The notes below the pieces were generated by a model. The model saw only the letters and a list, made by a program, of their open reading frames with translations. It had not been told where the DNA came from and ran no database searches. Positions 20,118-29,985 of a stretch of DNA of 64,000 bases are shown in pieces (the stretch's first letter is position 1; every line of letters starts with the position of its first letter). Source of the stretch: Syntrophomonadaceae bacterium (lineage in GTDB: Bacteria; Bacillota; Dethiobacteria; DTU022); assembly GCA_007121075.1 (NCBI GenBank), contig SKMK01000024.1, positions 1,016-65,015 on the forward strand. The letters run 5' to 3'. A program made the position numbers and the translations under genes.

Positions 20118-20600
20118 ATGAAAGGAAAATCAGTCCAGGAAAGCAAAGCGATGATTATTCAGCAAATGACCCAGGCCGATGCCAATCTGGCGGGAAACGT
20201 GCACGGCGGTTCGATTGTGAAGCTGGTTGACAGCGCTGCCGGCATGGTTGCGGCCAGGCACTCCTCAAGCAATGTGGTTACCGTATCAATAGACAGGTTG
20301 GATTTTTACCACCCCGTTTATATCGGAGAATTACTTAAGATTAATGCTTCTATAAATTATGCAGGCAAAACCTCGATGGAAATTGGGGTCCGTGTGGAAG
20401 CGGAAAACGTGATGACCGGAGAAATCAGGCATACTGCTTCGGCTTACCTGACTTTCGTGGCCCTTGATCAACATGGTAAGCCCAGACCAATTCCTCCGCT
20501 ATTTCTTAATACCGAAGAAGAAAAAAGACGTAACAGTGAGGCTTATGAAAGACGTAAAATCAGGCTGGCCGAACGAAACAGGGAAAATAATACCAGCTAA
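20118..20600 (+). CDS. Acyl-CoA thioesterase (YciA type)
   Basis: DANLAGNVHGG, GKTSMEIGV, LTFVALD. Confidence 0.92.
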   Translation: MKGKSVQESKAMIIQQMTQADANLAGNVHGGSIVKLVDSAAGMVAARHSSSNVVTVSIDRLDFYHPVYIGELLKINASINYAGKTSMEIGVRVEAENVMTGEIRHTASAYLTFVALDQHGKPRPIPPLFLNTEEEKRRNSEAYERRKIRLAERNRENNTS

Positions 20601-20806
20601 AAATTCTTTGCTAAAAAAGATTATTTAGGTGATATTGTGGTTATCTCTGGCTATTGTTTTGAAAATAGGGAAGCTGCTTTATTATCAGTTTTTTGAAGTT
20701 TCGGAAGGAGTTATTGCGTTCGGTTAGAAATAACACCTTCGGGATTTTTTTCGCCTAAAAAATCTAGTTGTCTTTAAATCAAAACAGCAAAGGTGGCGTG
20801 TGACAT

Positions 20807-21808
20807 ATGAAGGCAATTAAAATTATCTTCCTCGTAATTCTATCTTTTCTTTTAATCGTGGTGGGATGGTCCTATCTGCTTGGTATGAGCCTGGAAAAGA
20901 CAGTTTTTACTCTTTCTTATTACGAGGAACTGTTAGAACAGGAAGAAATTGATTTGGAGAAAATTATTTCCGGAATTATTGAAGAGATTGATCTAGATAT
21001 GGAAGATGAGCCGGTTGAAGAATATGGGGATGTAATGATACCGGAAATGGACAGGCTGCTTAGTAATATAATGAACGACGCCCTTAAGGAGACTATTGAA
21101 GTATCCTGGGTTGAAGAACAGATCCTGCTTATAATTGAAGATATGCTTAACCTGGCCAGGGGCGAAACGGATACGCTTACTGTTGTGATTGAACTGGACC
21201 ATTTTCAGGAAGAATTCATGAAAAATATGGAGCAACGGGTCAGGGTGGTTACAGAAGAAGAGCTTGTTGAAGCCGGAGTTCCCGAAGATAATGTTGAACA
21301 GGTGAAAGAGATGTTTGTAGAGGAGTTTGCCGCAATGACGGAAGATGTTCCCGAAAAAAACGGCGAAGCTCCCCAGTTGCCTTTAGAAATTGATCTGGGA
21401 CAAATGATGCAAGAAGGTGAGCTTTCTCCGGAGTTGGAAGAGACTTTGTCAAAAGTGCAAATGTTCCATGTCTTTTTCCCCGTCCTGCATTACATTGTCT
21501 TTGCGGTCCTGCTCCTGCTGATCTGCCTGTTAGCCGGTTTGTGGGGAGGTTTAAAATGGTTCGGCGCATCTTTGCTGATTACAGGAATTACTTTTCTATC
21601 CGGCGCAACCTTTATTCGAAGCCTGGTATTAATGCCCCTGTTAGTTGAGGCAGGTGAGGAATTGCCCTTCGGGTTTGATGTTATAAGGGTGGCTGTTAAT
21701 CATACCCTTTCTATGATGTATATCCCGTCCCTGGTTTTTGGAGTGGTGGGCCTTATTGTTCTGGTTGGAGCGGTTATTATAGGAAAAAGAGTGGGCAGCA
21801 AGGTTTAA
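20807..21808 (+). CDS. Membrane protein with acidic extracytoplasmic domain
   Basis: N-terminal TM plus three C-terminal hydrophobic segments. Confidence 0.75.
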   Translation: MKAIKIIFLVILSFLLIVVGWSYLLGMSLEKTVFTLSYYEELLEQEEIDLEKIISGIIEEIDLDMEDEPVEEYGDVMIPEMDRLLSNIMNDALKETIEVSWVEEQILLIIEDMLNLARGETDTLTVVIELDHFQEEFMKNMEQRVRVVTEEELVEAGVPEDNVEQVKEMFVEEFAAMTEDVPEKNGEAPQLPLEIDLGQMMQEGELSPELEETLSKVQMFHVFFPVLHYIVFAVLLLLICLLAGLWGGLKWFGASLLITGITFLSGATFIRSLVLMPLLVEAGEELPFGFDVIRVAVNHTLSMMYIPSLVFGVVGLIVLVGAVIIGKRVGSKV

Positions 21809-21831
21809 TTCAAGCCTAAACTACAAAAAAA

Positions 21832-22080
21832 TTATCCACTGCTGGAATACTTCCGCCGGGATTGTTTTTGGAGCAGCATAAGCTTGTCTGCTTTTTTATA
21901 TACTTCTTCAAGTTTTGTAGCACTTTTTGAAGCGGTTGCGGATCCAGCGGAAGTCTCAAAATCCTGGTATTGCAAAATCGATCGCGCGCTTTCAAGCAGG
22001 GCATTATGCTCAGCTTTTAGGGTTCTTAATTCAGTTGCCAGCCCTTCCCTGCTCAGTTTATCATATGACCGGTTAACCAT
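21832..22080 (-). pseudogene. Collapsed sensor-GGDEF gene remnant
   Basis: Coiled-coil/GAF-like start (ALLESARSILQYQDFETSA) fused to GGDEF-like end (GSATA..LEEVYKKADKLM..K). Confidence 0.55.
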
Positions 22081-22309
22081 TCATATCTCCACCTTAATGG
22101 GCTTGAATAAAACAAGTAATTACTGGATAGTTTTTGTTTGTTTATTTATATTTTTAACCTGGTCAGGTAATTGAAAATGCAATATGTTTTATAAATGTTG
22201 CCTTCACAGGAAAAGATCTTACTATTTTAATTATAAAGCTTTCTATAAAGCTTTTCCATGTTAGGTTAAAAAGCTTGACGAAGTGCCTTATAAAATGAAT
22301 ACTTTACGT

Positions 22310-23506
22310 ATGTATAGTTATCCTTTTTCTTTTTCAAAAATAAGCGGGCGCCTGGTCAAAAGAGTGAACCGTTTTGTGGTTGAAGCTGAAGTAAAGGGCC
22401 GGATCGAGCAAGCTTACCTGCCCAACCCCGGCCGGCTCTGGGAGCTGCTCTTGCCGGGTACTGAGCTAATGCTCAGCCCGGATCTTTCCAGGGGTAAAAT
22501 GGCTTACACAGTGCTGGCCTGCCGAAAAAATGGGCTATGGGTGCTGCTTCATACCCATCTGACCAACAAGATTATCCACTGCCTTGTTGATGAAGGCCGG
22601 CTCAGGGATTTCGAGAATTACAGGGTTATCCAGGAAGAACCGGCTTGCGGCCGGCACCGCTTTGACCTGCTCTTGAAGCATAGAAATACCGGGGCCGAAT
22701 GTTACCTGGAGGTAAAAACCTGCACTCTTTTTGCCGGGCGGGTGGCCATGTTCCCGGATGCTGTGACTAACAGGGGCTCTGAACATCTTCTCAAGCTTAA
22801 AGAAATCTCGGCCGCGGGAATTAAAACGGCCTGCCTGTTTGTGGTTTTGAACCCGGAAACAGAATACTTTCTCCCTGCTTACCATATTGATCCGGGATTC
22901 GCAGCAGCCTTCAAGGAAGTAAAAGAACAGGTCCAGTTGAGCGCTGTAGCCTTAGGTTTTGATGCCGGTTTCAGCGAGATCGAAACCATCAAACCGCTTC
23001 TTTTACCTTTTGATTTATTAAATGCCGAACTGCAGGATGGCGGGGCTTACCTGCTCTTGATCAGCCTGAAAAATGACAGGGTGATCAACGCAGGTGGGTT
23101 GGGGCCAAAATTTTTCAAATCGGGGTGTTACATTTACGTGGGCTCGGCGAAGCGGAACCTGAGCAAACGAATGGCCCGCCATACCAGGAAAAGGAAGCAA
23201 AAGCGCTGGCATATCGATTACTTAATTGGGGAAGCAGTCAGGATCATACCCGTGCCAATCATCACTGCTGATGACCTGGAATGCGGGCTGGCCGATGCCT
23301 TGTGCCAAATCGCAGATAATCCTGTTAAGGGGTTTGGTTCCTCGGACTGCCGCTGTAACAGCCACCTCTTTTATTTTGCCAAAAACCCGCTCCAGCAGCC
23401 CTGTTTTATCGACTTAATCCAGGATTACCGTATCCGGCGCCTTGAGCAAAAACTAGATAATTTGACAAACCCGGGGTTTTGGTCTACAAAAAGAAGAGGA
23501 TATTAA
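22310..23506 (+). CDS. sfsA: SfsA nuclease fused to DUF123 (GIY-YIG-like) domain
   Basis: RVNRFVV, LPNPGRLWELL, LEVKTCTL, FPDAVTNRG; then GAYLL..YIYVGSA..WHIDYL..GFGSSDCRCNSHL. Confidence 0.9.
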   Translation: MYSYPFSFSKISGRLVKRVNRFVVEAEVKGRIEQAYLPNPGRLWELLLPGTELMLSPDLSRGKMAYTVLACRKNGLWVLLHTHLTNKIIHCLVDEGRLRDFENYRVIQEEPACGRHRFDLLLKHRNTGAECYLEVKTCTLFAGRVAMFPDAVTNRGSEHLLKLKEISAAGIKTACLFVVLNPETEYFLPAYHIDPGFAAAFKEVKEQVQLSAVALGFDAGFSEIETIKPLLLPFDLLNAELQDGGAYLLLISLKNDRVINAGGLGPKFFKSGCYIYVGSAKRNLSKRMARHTRKRKQKRWHIDYLIGEAVRIIPVPIITADDLECGLADALCQIADNPVKGFGSSDCRCNSHLFYFAKNPLQQPCFIDLIQDYRIRRLEQKLDNLTNPGFWSTKRRGY

Positions 23507-23551
23507 AAATCTGTGCAGGACTTTAACATTTTGTAAAGGATATGATTTAAG

Positions 23552-24139
23552 TTGATCAGCAGGCCAATATTTCTCAACCTGGGAGTAATAGTGGTTTTTT
23601 TGTTTGCGCTAGGAGTCGGAGGAGCCGTTACTGGCGATGTTGACTCTGATGGCACGGAAATACACCTGCTTTCCCTTGAGGAAGCCTGCGCAAGAGACAA
23701 AGGAAAAGGGCTTGTTTGGGAAATTGCTACTGGTAACCATCACCACGCGGAAGATTTATGGGCATTGGAAGAACCGGAAATGGATCTGCCCATTTCTGCT
23801 CTAATGATGGGGAACAATATCGGAGGATTAGCGACTAAAGGCTGGACCCAGAAGGGGATTGCCTCCTGGTATGGAGATAATTTTCATGAAGGCCCTACCG
23901 CCAGCGGCGAAACTTACGATATGTATACCCTGACTGCGGCTCACCGGGAGCTTCCTTTTGATAGTATTGTAAAAGTGACCCGTCTCGACAACAATGACTC
24001 GGTTGTCGTCAGAATCAACAACCGCGGACCTTTCATCGAAGGCAGGATTATCGATCTATCCAAGAAGGCGGCCGATGAGCTGGGGATGAAAGGGCAGGGA
24101 CTGGCCAAGGTCAGAATCGAGGTCATCGAGGTACCCTAG
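23552..24139 (+). CDS. rlpA: RlpA family lytic transglycosylase
   Basis: [34 protein letters not shown]. Confidence 0.9.
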   Translation: MISRPIFLNLGVIVVFLFALGVGGAVTGDVDSDGTEIHLLSLEEACARDKGKGLVWEIATGNHHHAEDLWALEEPEMDLPISALMMGNNIGGLATKGWTQKGIASWYGDNFHEGPTASGETYDMYTLTAAHRELPFDSIVKVTRLDNNDSVVVRINNRGPFIEGRIIDLSKKAADELGMKGQGLAKVRIEVIEVP

Positions 24140-24408
24140 TATAGGCCCATAATAAAGTAGTCTACGCCGGTATTACCGGGTGGAACATGGATAGTTGTGA
24201 TTATTACACATTTTTTTAATCAGGGAAGCGGAAATGACAGGCCCTGGTTTATGAAAAAATAATCTACGTTAACCTGGAAGGCTTATCAATTGGTCCTGTA
24301 TATTTTCAATATATTAGATCAGGGAGATTTGTGACTCAAGCCTTGCTTTAGAAAAGCGGTGCTCTATAGTTGCCAATAGAAATCCTGGCCGGGCAGGGAG
24401 AGGATAAT

Positions 24409-24839
24409 GTGGTGCTTCAAAATATCGAGATCAATCCCCAGTTTGAAGCGGCCCTGGATATGATGGAAAACACAGGCCGCCACGTTTTCATTACCGACAG
24501 GGCCGGGACCGGTAAATCGACCCTGCTTGAGTATTTCCGCTCCCTAACTGAAAAGAATCTGGTTGTTTTAGCCCCTACCGGGTGGCGGCTGTTAACATTG
24601 CCGGGCAGACCATCCATTCTTTTTTCGGTTTCCGGCTCGATGTGACCGTGGAAAAGGTCAGGCGGCAGGCCAAAAAGAAAGCTTCTCCCATTTACGAGAA
24701 CCTGGATGCCATTGTGATTGATGAAATTTCGATGGTCCGGGCTGATCTCCTTGACTGCATTGACGAGTTCCTGAGGATAAACGGCAAAAAGCCCGGGGAG
24801 CCTTTCGGGGGTATCCAGATGATCTTTTCAATGAATTAA
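24409..24839 (+). pseudogene. PIF1-like helicase 5' fragment
   Basis: DRAGTGKST, LAPTG/VAAVN frameshift near 24581, GQTIHSFF, IDEISMV, PFGGIQ, then truncated. Confidence 0.85.
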
Positions 24840-24840
24840 T

Positions 24841-25380
24841 TTACCGCTTCTCCGGGCTAAAGAGCCTGGTTAACGTGGTTAAATCCCTTTCCAGCAGGTT
24901 GTAAAGATGGTCGATGTTTGAGGCCATCTTTTTTATTTTTTCTGAAGAAAGTTTTGGGCCTTGATGGTGAAAATTAAGATAGAGGATGAGGTAGTTTTCC
25001 AGCAAAGAAGCTGTTTCTGGAGAAAGAATAGGAGGTCTTTTTTCAGGGAAAGGGCTTTTCATTAACCTGAGCAGGCGCGCATGCCAGTCCAGGCTCGCAG
25101 GAATCCATTTGTCGATAGTCCTGGCCATTTGCAGCAGGCAGTCCTCGACATGGAGGTAGAAGTCGAATATCAGGCAGCCGAAATAAAAAAGCCTGTATTT
25201 GTCTGTATGCTTATCTAGCAGAGCCTGGTTTTTGTTTACCTCTAAGGCGATTTGATTCATTTCAGCCAGGTTGCCCTCGATCACAGAGCACAGCCTGACC
25301 AGGCCTTCTTTTGAGGGTGCCGGACTTTCATGCCGGTATTTTTTAATGTCGATTGTCTGTGCCTCCTCCCCCGGGTCCAA
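24841..25380 (-). CDS. HepT-like HEPN domain protein with degenerate active site
   Basis: FY..VE......ARTID..IP...DWHARLL..M......RPPILS.ET...L..Y pattern; RxxxxH replaced by YLNFHH. Confidence 0.65.
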   Translation of the reverse strand: MDPGEEAQTIDIKKYRHESPAPSKEGLVRLCSVIEGNLAEMNQIALEVNKNQALLDKHTDKYRLFYFGCLIFDFYLHVEDCLLQMARTIDKWIPASLDWHARLLRLMKSPFPEKRPPILSPETASLLENYLILYLNFHHQGPKLSSEKIKKMASNIDHLYNLLERDLTTLTRLFSPEKR

Positions 25381-25490
25381 TTATTTTCGAGCTGAAGCTA
25401 AACACTTTAACTTTCCACCGCTACTTATAATATAAACCAAAAATTTACCGGTGAAAACAAGGCGGAGTGAACCGGAAGAGGCATCTTTTA

Positions 25491-25697
25491 TTATATAAAA
25501 AGAGCTCCCAACCGGACGACCAGTCCGCCAACTATAAAGGCGCCGGTTTGAGAAATACAGGGCACTGCCAGGCAGACCAGGATAGTAACAATAAGCCTTT
25601 CTTTGCGTGAAGAAAGCGATCTGCCGGCCATGATGGCCGGTATACCGTAGCCGTAGCCAAGGGTAAGGAGGTTCAATAGCCTGCGCCAAGTTGTCAA
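25491..25697 (-). pseudogene. FeoB fragment (internally deleted)
   Basis: LGYGYGIPAIMAGRSLSSRKERL..LAVPCISQTGAF joined to a short terminal helix. Confidence 0.75.
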
Positions 25698-25836
25698 GTT
25701 GGTCGATGTCTGCGGCTGTTTATTATTAATTTTCAGGAGTAACTATTTCTCCCGCGCGGGTTCTATTATTTCCATGTCAGCCAGATCGCCTGGAATTAGC
25801 TTGTGGGTCAGGTTCAGCTCGTCTTCTTTTTGAGAG

Positions 25837-27033
25837 CTACTTGCGCACCTTCAGCTTTTTAATGGCTCCTTCCAGGCCTTCCACGGTTAGCTCGTACATG
25901 GGGAAGATCTTGCGGATCATAGATATGGTGTAAGAGCCGGTGACGCTGCTCCAGTACGGGCCCGGGATGGGGTTCAGCCAAACGGAATGGCTGAAGTGAT
26001 TGGCAATGCGCTGCAGCCATTCAATTCCCGGTTCATCGTTGTGAAAGGACCAGTCAATGGCCCCGCCCCGCATGGTCAGTTCACTCGGGGCCATGCTGGC
26101 ATCGCCGAGGAGGATGATCTTGTATTCCGGCCCAAACATGCGCAGGAAGTCTTCGGTGGGGATGGCGCTGTCCATAAGGCAGTCCGGATCGAGATAGAGG
26201 TGCTGGTAGATACAGTTGTGAAAGTAGAAAAAGCGCAGGTCCTTGAAGTGGCTGGCCCGGTTCATGGCCGTAAAAAGGCGGCTGCAGAGGTGCAGGTACG
26301 GATCCATCGAACCGCCCGAATCCATGAGCAGCACCACTTTGAGGGTATTCTTCCTGCTCCTGCTCCAGACCAGCTGGAGCATGCCTCCCTTGTCTCCCGT
26401 AGCCCGGATAGTTTCATCGAGGTCCAGCTCGTTCCGGGGGCCTTCTTCTTTGCTGCTGAGCTGCCTCAATTTTCGCAGGGCCACTTCAAACTGTCTTACC
26501 CCGATGGTGGCATCGGTCCTGAAGCCCCGGAAATCCCTTTGGGCTGCCACCTGAACGGCCGATTTATTTACAGAATCGCCCCCGATGCGGGCTCCGGCCG
26601 GATGGTAACCGGAATGGCCGAAGGGAGAGGTCCCCCCGGTGCCAATCCATTTTGATCCGCCGTGGTGCTGTTCTTTTTGCTCCTGCAGCCGCTCCTCGAG
26701 ACGGCGGCGCAGGTCGTCTAAATCCCAATCCTGGAACCGGCGCCTTTCCTGATCTGATATTTGCGGGGGAGGGAGCGCTTCTTCCAGCCATTCTAAAACT
26801 TTTTCGGTCAGCTCCGGCGGCGTTTCAACCCCCTGGAAGTAGCTGTAGAAGGCCAGGTCATAACGGTCATAATGGGCTTCGCTTTTAACCAGCACCGCCC
26901 GGCCCAGGTGGTAAAATGCGGTCAGGCTGGATGAGGCCATGCCCCGGCTGAGGGCTTCCACCAGCATCATCCATTCAGTAATAGCTACGGGTACCCCGTA
27001 AGCTCTCAGCAGGTAAAAGAAGTTGATAAACAT
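25837..27033 (-). CDS. VWA domain CoxE-like protein
   Basis: HHGGSKWIGTGGTSPFG, MIDAS DSGGSM, FYFHNCIY, GDASMAP, WLNP. Confidence 0.9.
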   Translation of the reverse strand: MFINFFYLLRAYGVPVAITEWMMLVEALSRGMASSSLTAFYHLGRAVLVKSEAHYDRYDLAFYSYFQGVETPPELTEKVLEWLEEALPPPQISDQERRRFQDWDLDDLRRRLEERLQEQKEQHHGGSKWIGTGGTSPFGHSGYHPAGARIGGDSVNKSAVQVAAQRDFRGFRTDATIGVRQFEVALRKLRQLSSKEEGPRNELDLDETIRATGDKGGMLQLVWSRSRKNTLKVVLLMDSGGSMDPYLHLCSRLFTAMNRASHFKDLRFFYFHNCIYQHLYLDPDCLMDSAIPTEDFLRMFGPEYKIILLGDASMAPSELTMRGGAIDWSFHNDEPGIEWLQRIANHFSHSVWLNPIPGPYWSSVTGSYTISMIRKIFPMYELTVEGLEGAIKKLKVRK

Positions 27034-27058
27034 AAAACTGGTCCTTTCGAAAAGGCCT

Positions 27059-27961
27059 TTAGCGGAGGCGTGGAATGCCTGCAGCCGACTTGATCTGCCT
27101 GCCCTGACTGTGCAGGCGCTGCAGGATGGTATTGAAATCCTGGTCTTTTTTTAACAGAACTCCCAGGAAAGGAAATTCGGCGCTGATTTTGTCGGGGTTA
27201 ATACCCCCGATGGCCAGGGCCTGGGCCCAGTCCAGCAGTTCACTGGTGCTCGGTTTTTTCTGAAGGCCGCCGATACCGCGGATCCAGTAGAATGCTGCGA
27301 GGGCTTCTTCTAAAAGTTTTTGTTCCAGATCGGGATGGTGAACTTTGATGATTTCTTCCATCATTGCAGCATCAGGAAAGGCAATGTAATGGAAGATGCA
27401 GCGGCGCAGGAAGGCGTCGGGCAACTCTTTTTCGGCATTGCTGGTGATGACGACAATGGGGCGGTGCCGGGCTTCGATAGTTTCCCCGGTTTCCGGGATA
27501 TTGAAACTCATGATGTCCAGTTCCCAGAGCAGGTCATTGGGGAATTCCAAATCGGCCTTGTCAATTTCATCAATTAAGAGGACCACCTGGTTTTCTGATA
27601 CAAAGGACCGGCCCAGCTGGCCCAGCTTGATATAGTGGCGGATATCGGAGACGTCGTGGTCGCCGAACTGGCTGTCGTAAAGCCGCTGGACGGTGTCGTA
27701 AATGTAAAGTCCATCTCCTGCCCTGGTGGAAGACTTGATGTTCCAGATTAACAGATCTTTGTTCAGGTTGTGGGCGATGCTCTGGGCCAGCATCGTTTTC
27801 CCTGTGCCCGGTTCGCCCTTGATTAAAAGGGGCCTTCCGAGGGCCATCGCTACGTTGACGCTGTTTTGCAGCTCTTCTGAGGCGATATAGTCGCCGGTTC
27901 CGGTAAATGAGGTATGGTTGTCGGGCAATGTTTCAGCCTCCCCTGTATTTTGCTTGATCAT
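27059..27961 (-). CDS. MoxR family AAA ATPase
   Basis: GEPGTGKT, LLIDEIDKA, LPDAFLRRC. Confidence 0.93.
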   Translation of the reverse strand: MIKQNTGEAETLPDNHTSFTGTGDYIASEELQNSVNVAMALGRPLLIKGEPGTGKTMLAQSIAHNLNKDLLIWNIKSSTRAGDGLYIYDTVQRLYDSQFGDHDVSDIRHYIKLGQLGRSFVSENQVVLLIDEIDKADLEFPNDLLWELDIMSFNIPETGETIEARHRPIVVITSNAEKELPDAFLRRCIFHYIAFPDAAMMEEIIKVHHPDLEQKLLEEALAAFYWIRGIGGLQKKPSTSELLDWAQALAIGGINPDKISAEFPFLGVLLKKDQDFNTILQRLHSQGRQIKSAAGIPRLR

Positions 27962-28053
27962 GGTTTTGCTGTGCTCTATTGCATTCTACTTGATAAACCG
28001 GGCCCTCGCAACTTATAACTATTTTTTACACAGAGATTACTGCTTTTTTCCGG

Positions 28054-28911
28054 TTATTTGGAGCCCCTGGTTGTGACCTCTACTTCTTTTTCCAGCCCTG
28101 AGATTACTTCCAGGGCTTTTTTGAAGTAGGCATCCTGTTCAAAGCTAAGTTTTATAGCTTCCCGGGGGCATTCCAGGACGCACCGTCCGCAGCCGCGGCA
28201 CTTGTTTTGGTCAATTTCAGCTTTGCTTTTTTGCAGGGAAATGGCCCGGACGAAGCAGGAGTTCAGGCAGTTGCCGCAGCCCTCGCACTTTTCAGTTACG
28301 GTAATTTCTACCCCGTTCATCTTGTGGACCTTGTCTGTTATTGAGCCCGGTAGTACGGTGAGCAGCTGCCACAGGCAGCAGCATTCACAGCAGTGGCAGA
28401 CTGTAATCATAGGCTCTGAAGGTTTGACTCCCAGGTAGAGTTTGTCCAGGCGATTTTTACCGACTGTATTGAACAGCCCCGCCTCTTCCGCCCTTCGCTG
28501 CAGGGCTTTGGCTTTTTCAATGCTGACTTCCCGGCCGAACCCGGGATTGATACTGCGGGCCCCTTCACCGATAAAAAGGCACCCCACGTCAATCGGGTAG
28601 CTGCTGCAGCCGTTGGTCTGCCGGCATATACAGGCATTCATGGCAAAAAGGTAGGAGGAGTTTTCAATGAAATGATCGACCACCACTCCCGGCAAAACAA
28701 CCTTGTCCCTTTTTTGCAAGGCCCGCCTCAGAGGCAGGATTTTGAGCAGGAGTTCTTTGAGCAGAAGCCGCCTGAGTGCTTCACCCAGGAGTGGAAGGCG
28801 GAACAACCGGCCGAAATGGAAGCGGGCCGGCCAGGCAATTTTGAGTAGTTTTTGCTTTGATCGCGCTATGTTGATAACAGGCACCCTCCCCTTACTGCCT
28901 TCAATATTCAA
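28054..28911 (-). CDS. 4Fe-4S binding protein
   Basis: CICR, CHCCECCC, CEGCGNCLNSC, CRGCGRCVLECP. Confidence 0.88.
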   Translation of the reverse strand: MNIEGSKGRVPVINIARSKQKLLKIAWPARFHFGRLFRLPLLGEALRRLLLKELLLKILPLRRALQKRDKVVLPGVVVDHFIENSSYLFAMNACICRQTNGCSSYPIDVGCLFIGEGARSINPGFGREVSIEKAKALQRRAEEAGLFNTVGKNRLDKLYLGVKPSEPMITVCHCCECCCLWQLLTVLPGSITDKVHKMNGVEITVTEKCEGCGNCLNSCFVRAISLQKSKAEIDQNKCRGCGRCVLECPREAIKLSFEQDAYFKKALEVISGLEKEVEVTTRGSK

Positions 28912-29112
28912 GCTGCCTTCCTGCTTTACCTGCCTTCTGCTTTAATCCCGCAGGAATTCGCCTGCAGTTGTGCCGGTGTGAGATAATTTAAGGGAGGCCG
29001 AATTATCAAACTGGATCCTGCACTGATCATTATCTGCTGCGCTATCCATCCGGCGCAGGTAGATCAGTTGAAAATGTTGAAATAAAGTGAAAGCGAACAA
29101 CATGACTTTTTT

Positions 29113-29985
29113 GTGAGACCATTTCATTTTTCCCTGGAGGTGGTTTCCATCGAGGCCAACACAGCCCCTGTAGGGATAAAACTGGCTCCTGCCGGTTTAA
29201 ATACAAGCCCGGGCCATGGCTACAAGCTTTATTCCGGGCCCGCCTATTGTGATGCGGTGAGCAGAGCTTCATGCGGTGAAAGGCTGCTTATTACTTCAGG
29301 GTCGATCACTAGATGCCGCTGGGCTCCGGTGGTCCTGGGACTTAAAAAGGCAGAAAACAGGTTTGAAAAGGGCCTGGCTCCGCGTTTTGAAAACATGGAA
29401 TCCATCTATGCCTTTCCGCTCGAACAGAGGAATGAAGAAACACTTCAGCCGGACCTGGTAATCGTTCGAGACAGGCCCAGCTTGATTGCAACGATGTTTA
29501 AAGAGCTTGCAGATGGCCGGCTTGAGGGACCTCATGCATACCGGTTCGACACGAGCGCCCTGGCAGTGATTTACAGGGAAAAGGCAGTGCCGAGGGCAGG
29601 CGCAGTCAAAATCTTTAACCGCTTGATTTACCATCTGAAAGGTCGCCGCTGGTTTAGGAAAACAGCGGAGTTTGCCCTGAAAAGCCCGCCGGCCTGTTAT
29701 CTCTTCGACAAATTCATTGCCCGGTTTTTAGCCGATATGTCCGTTTGCCGCAATTCCACAGTTATTCCGGCTCTAAAAGAAAAGGCTAACTGCTCGTACT
29801 TTTGCAGCGGGGCCATATTCTGGGGCGGCAATGATCCTGCCTACATGACGGCCGGTATATCTTATGACCTTTTTTGCCGCCTGGAAAATAAGCTTGTATT
29901 AACCGGGTCGGGTGAAAACAGCACTGAAATTTTGGAACAGAGGAGGGCGGATTCCGAAAGGAGGGGTCAAAATCGGCAGCTTTGA
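29113..29985 (+). CDS. DUF169-like protein
   Basis: PVGIKL, YCDAV, CRWA, PDLVI, SVC..STV, SYFCSG. Confidence 0.7.
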   Translation: MRPFHFSLEVVSIEANTAPVGIKLAPAGLNTSPGHGYKLYSGPAYCDAVSRASCGERLLITSGSITRCRWAPVVLGLKKAENRFEKGLAPRFENMESIYAFPLEQRNEETLQPDLVIVRDRPSLIATMFKELADGRLEGPHAYRFDTSALAVIYREKAVPRAGAVKIFNRLIYHLKGRRWFRKTAEFALKSPPACYLFDKFIARFLADMSVCRNSTVIPALKEKANCSYFCSGAIFWGGNDPAYMTAGISYDLFCRLENKLVLTGSGENSTEILEQRRADSERRGQNRQL

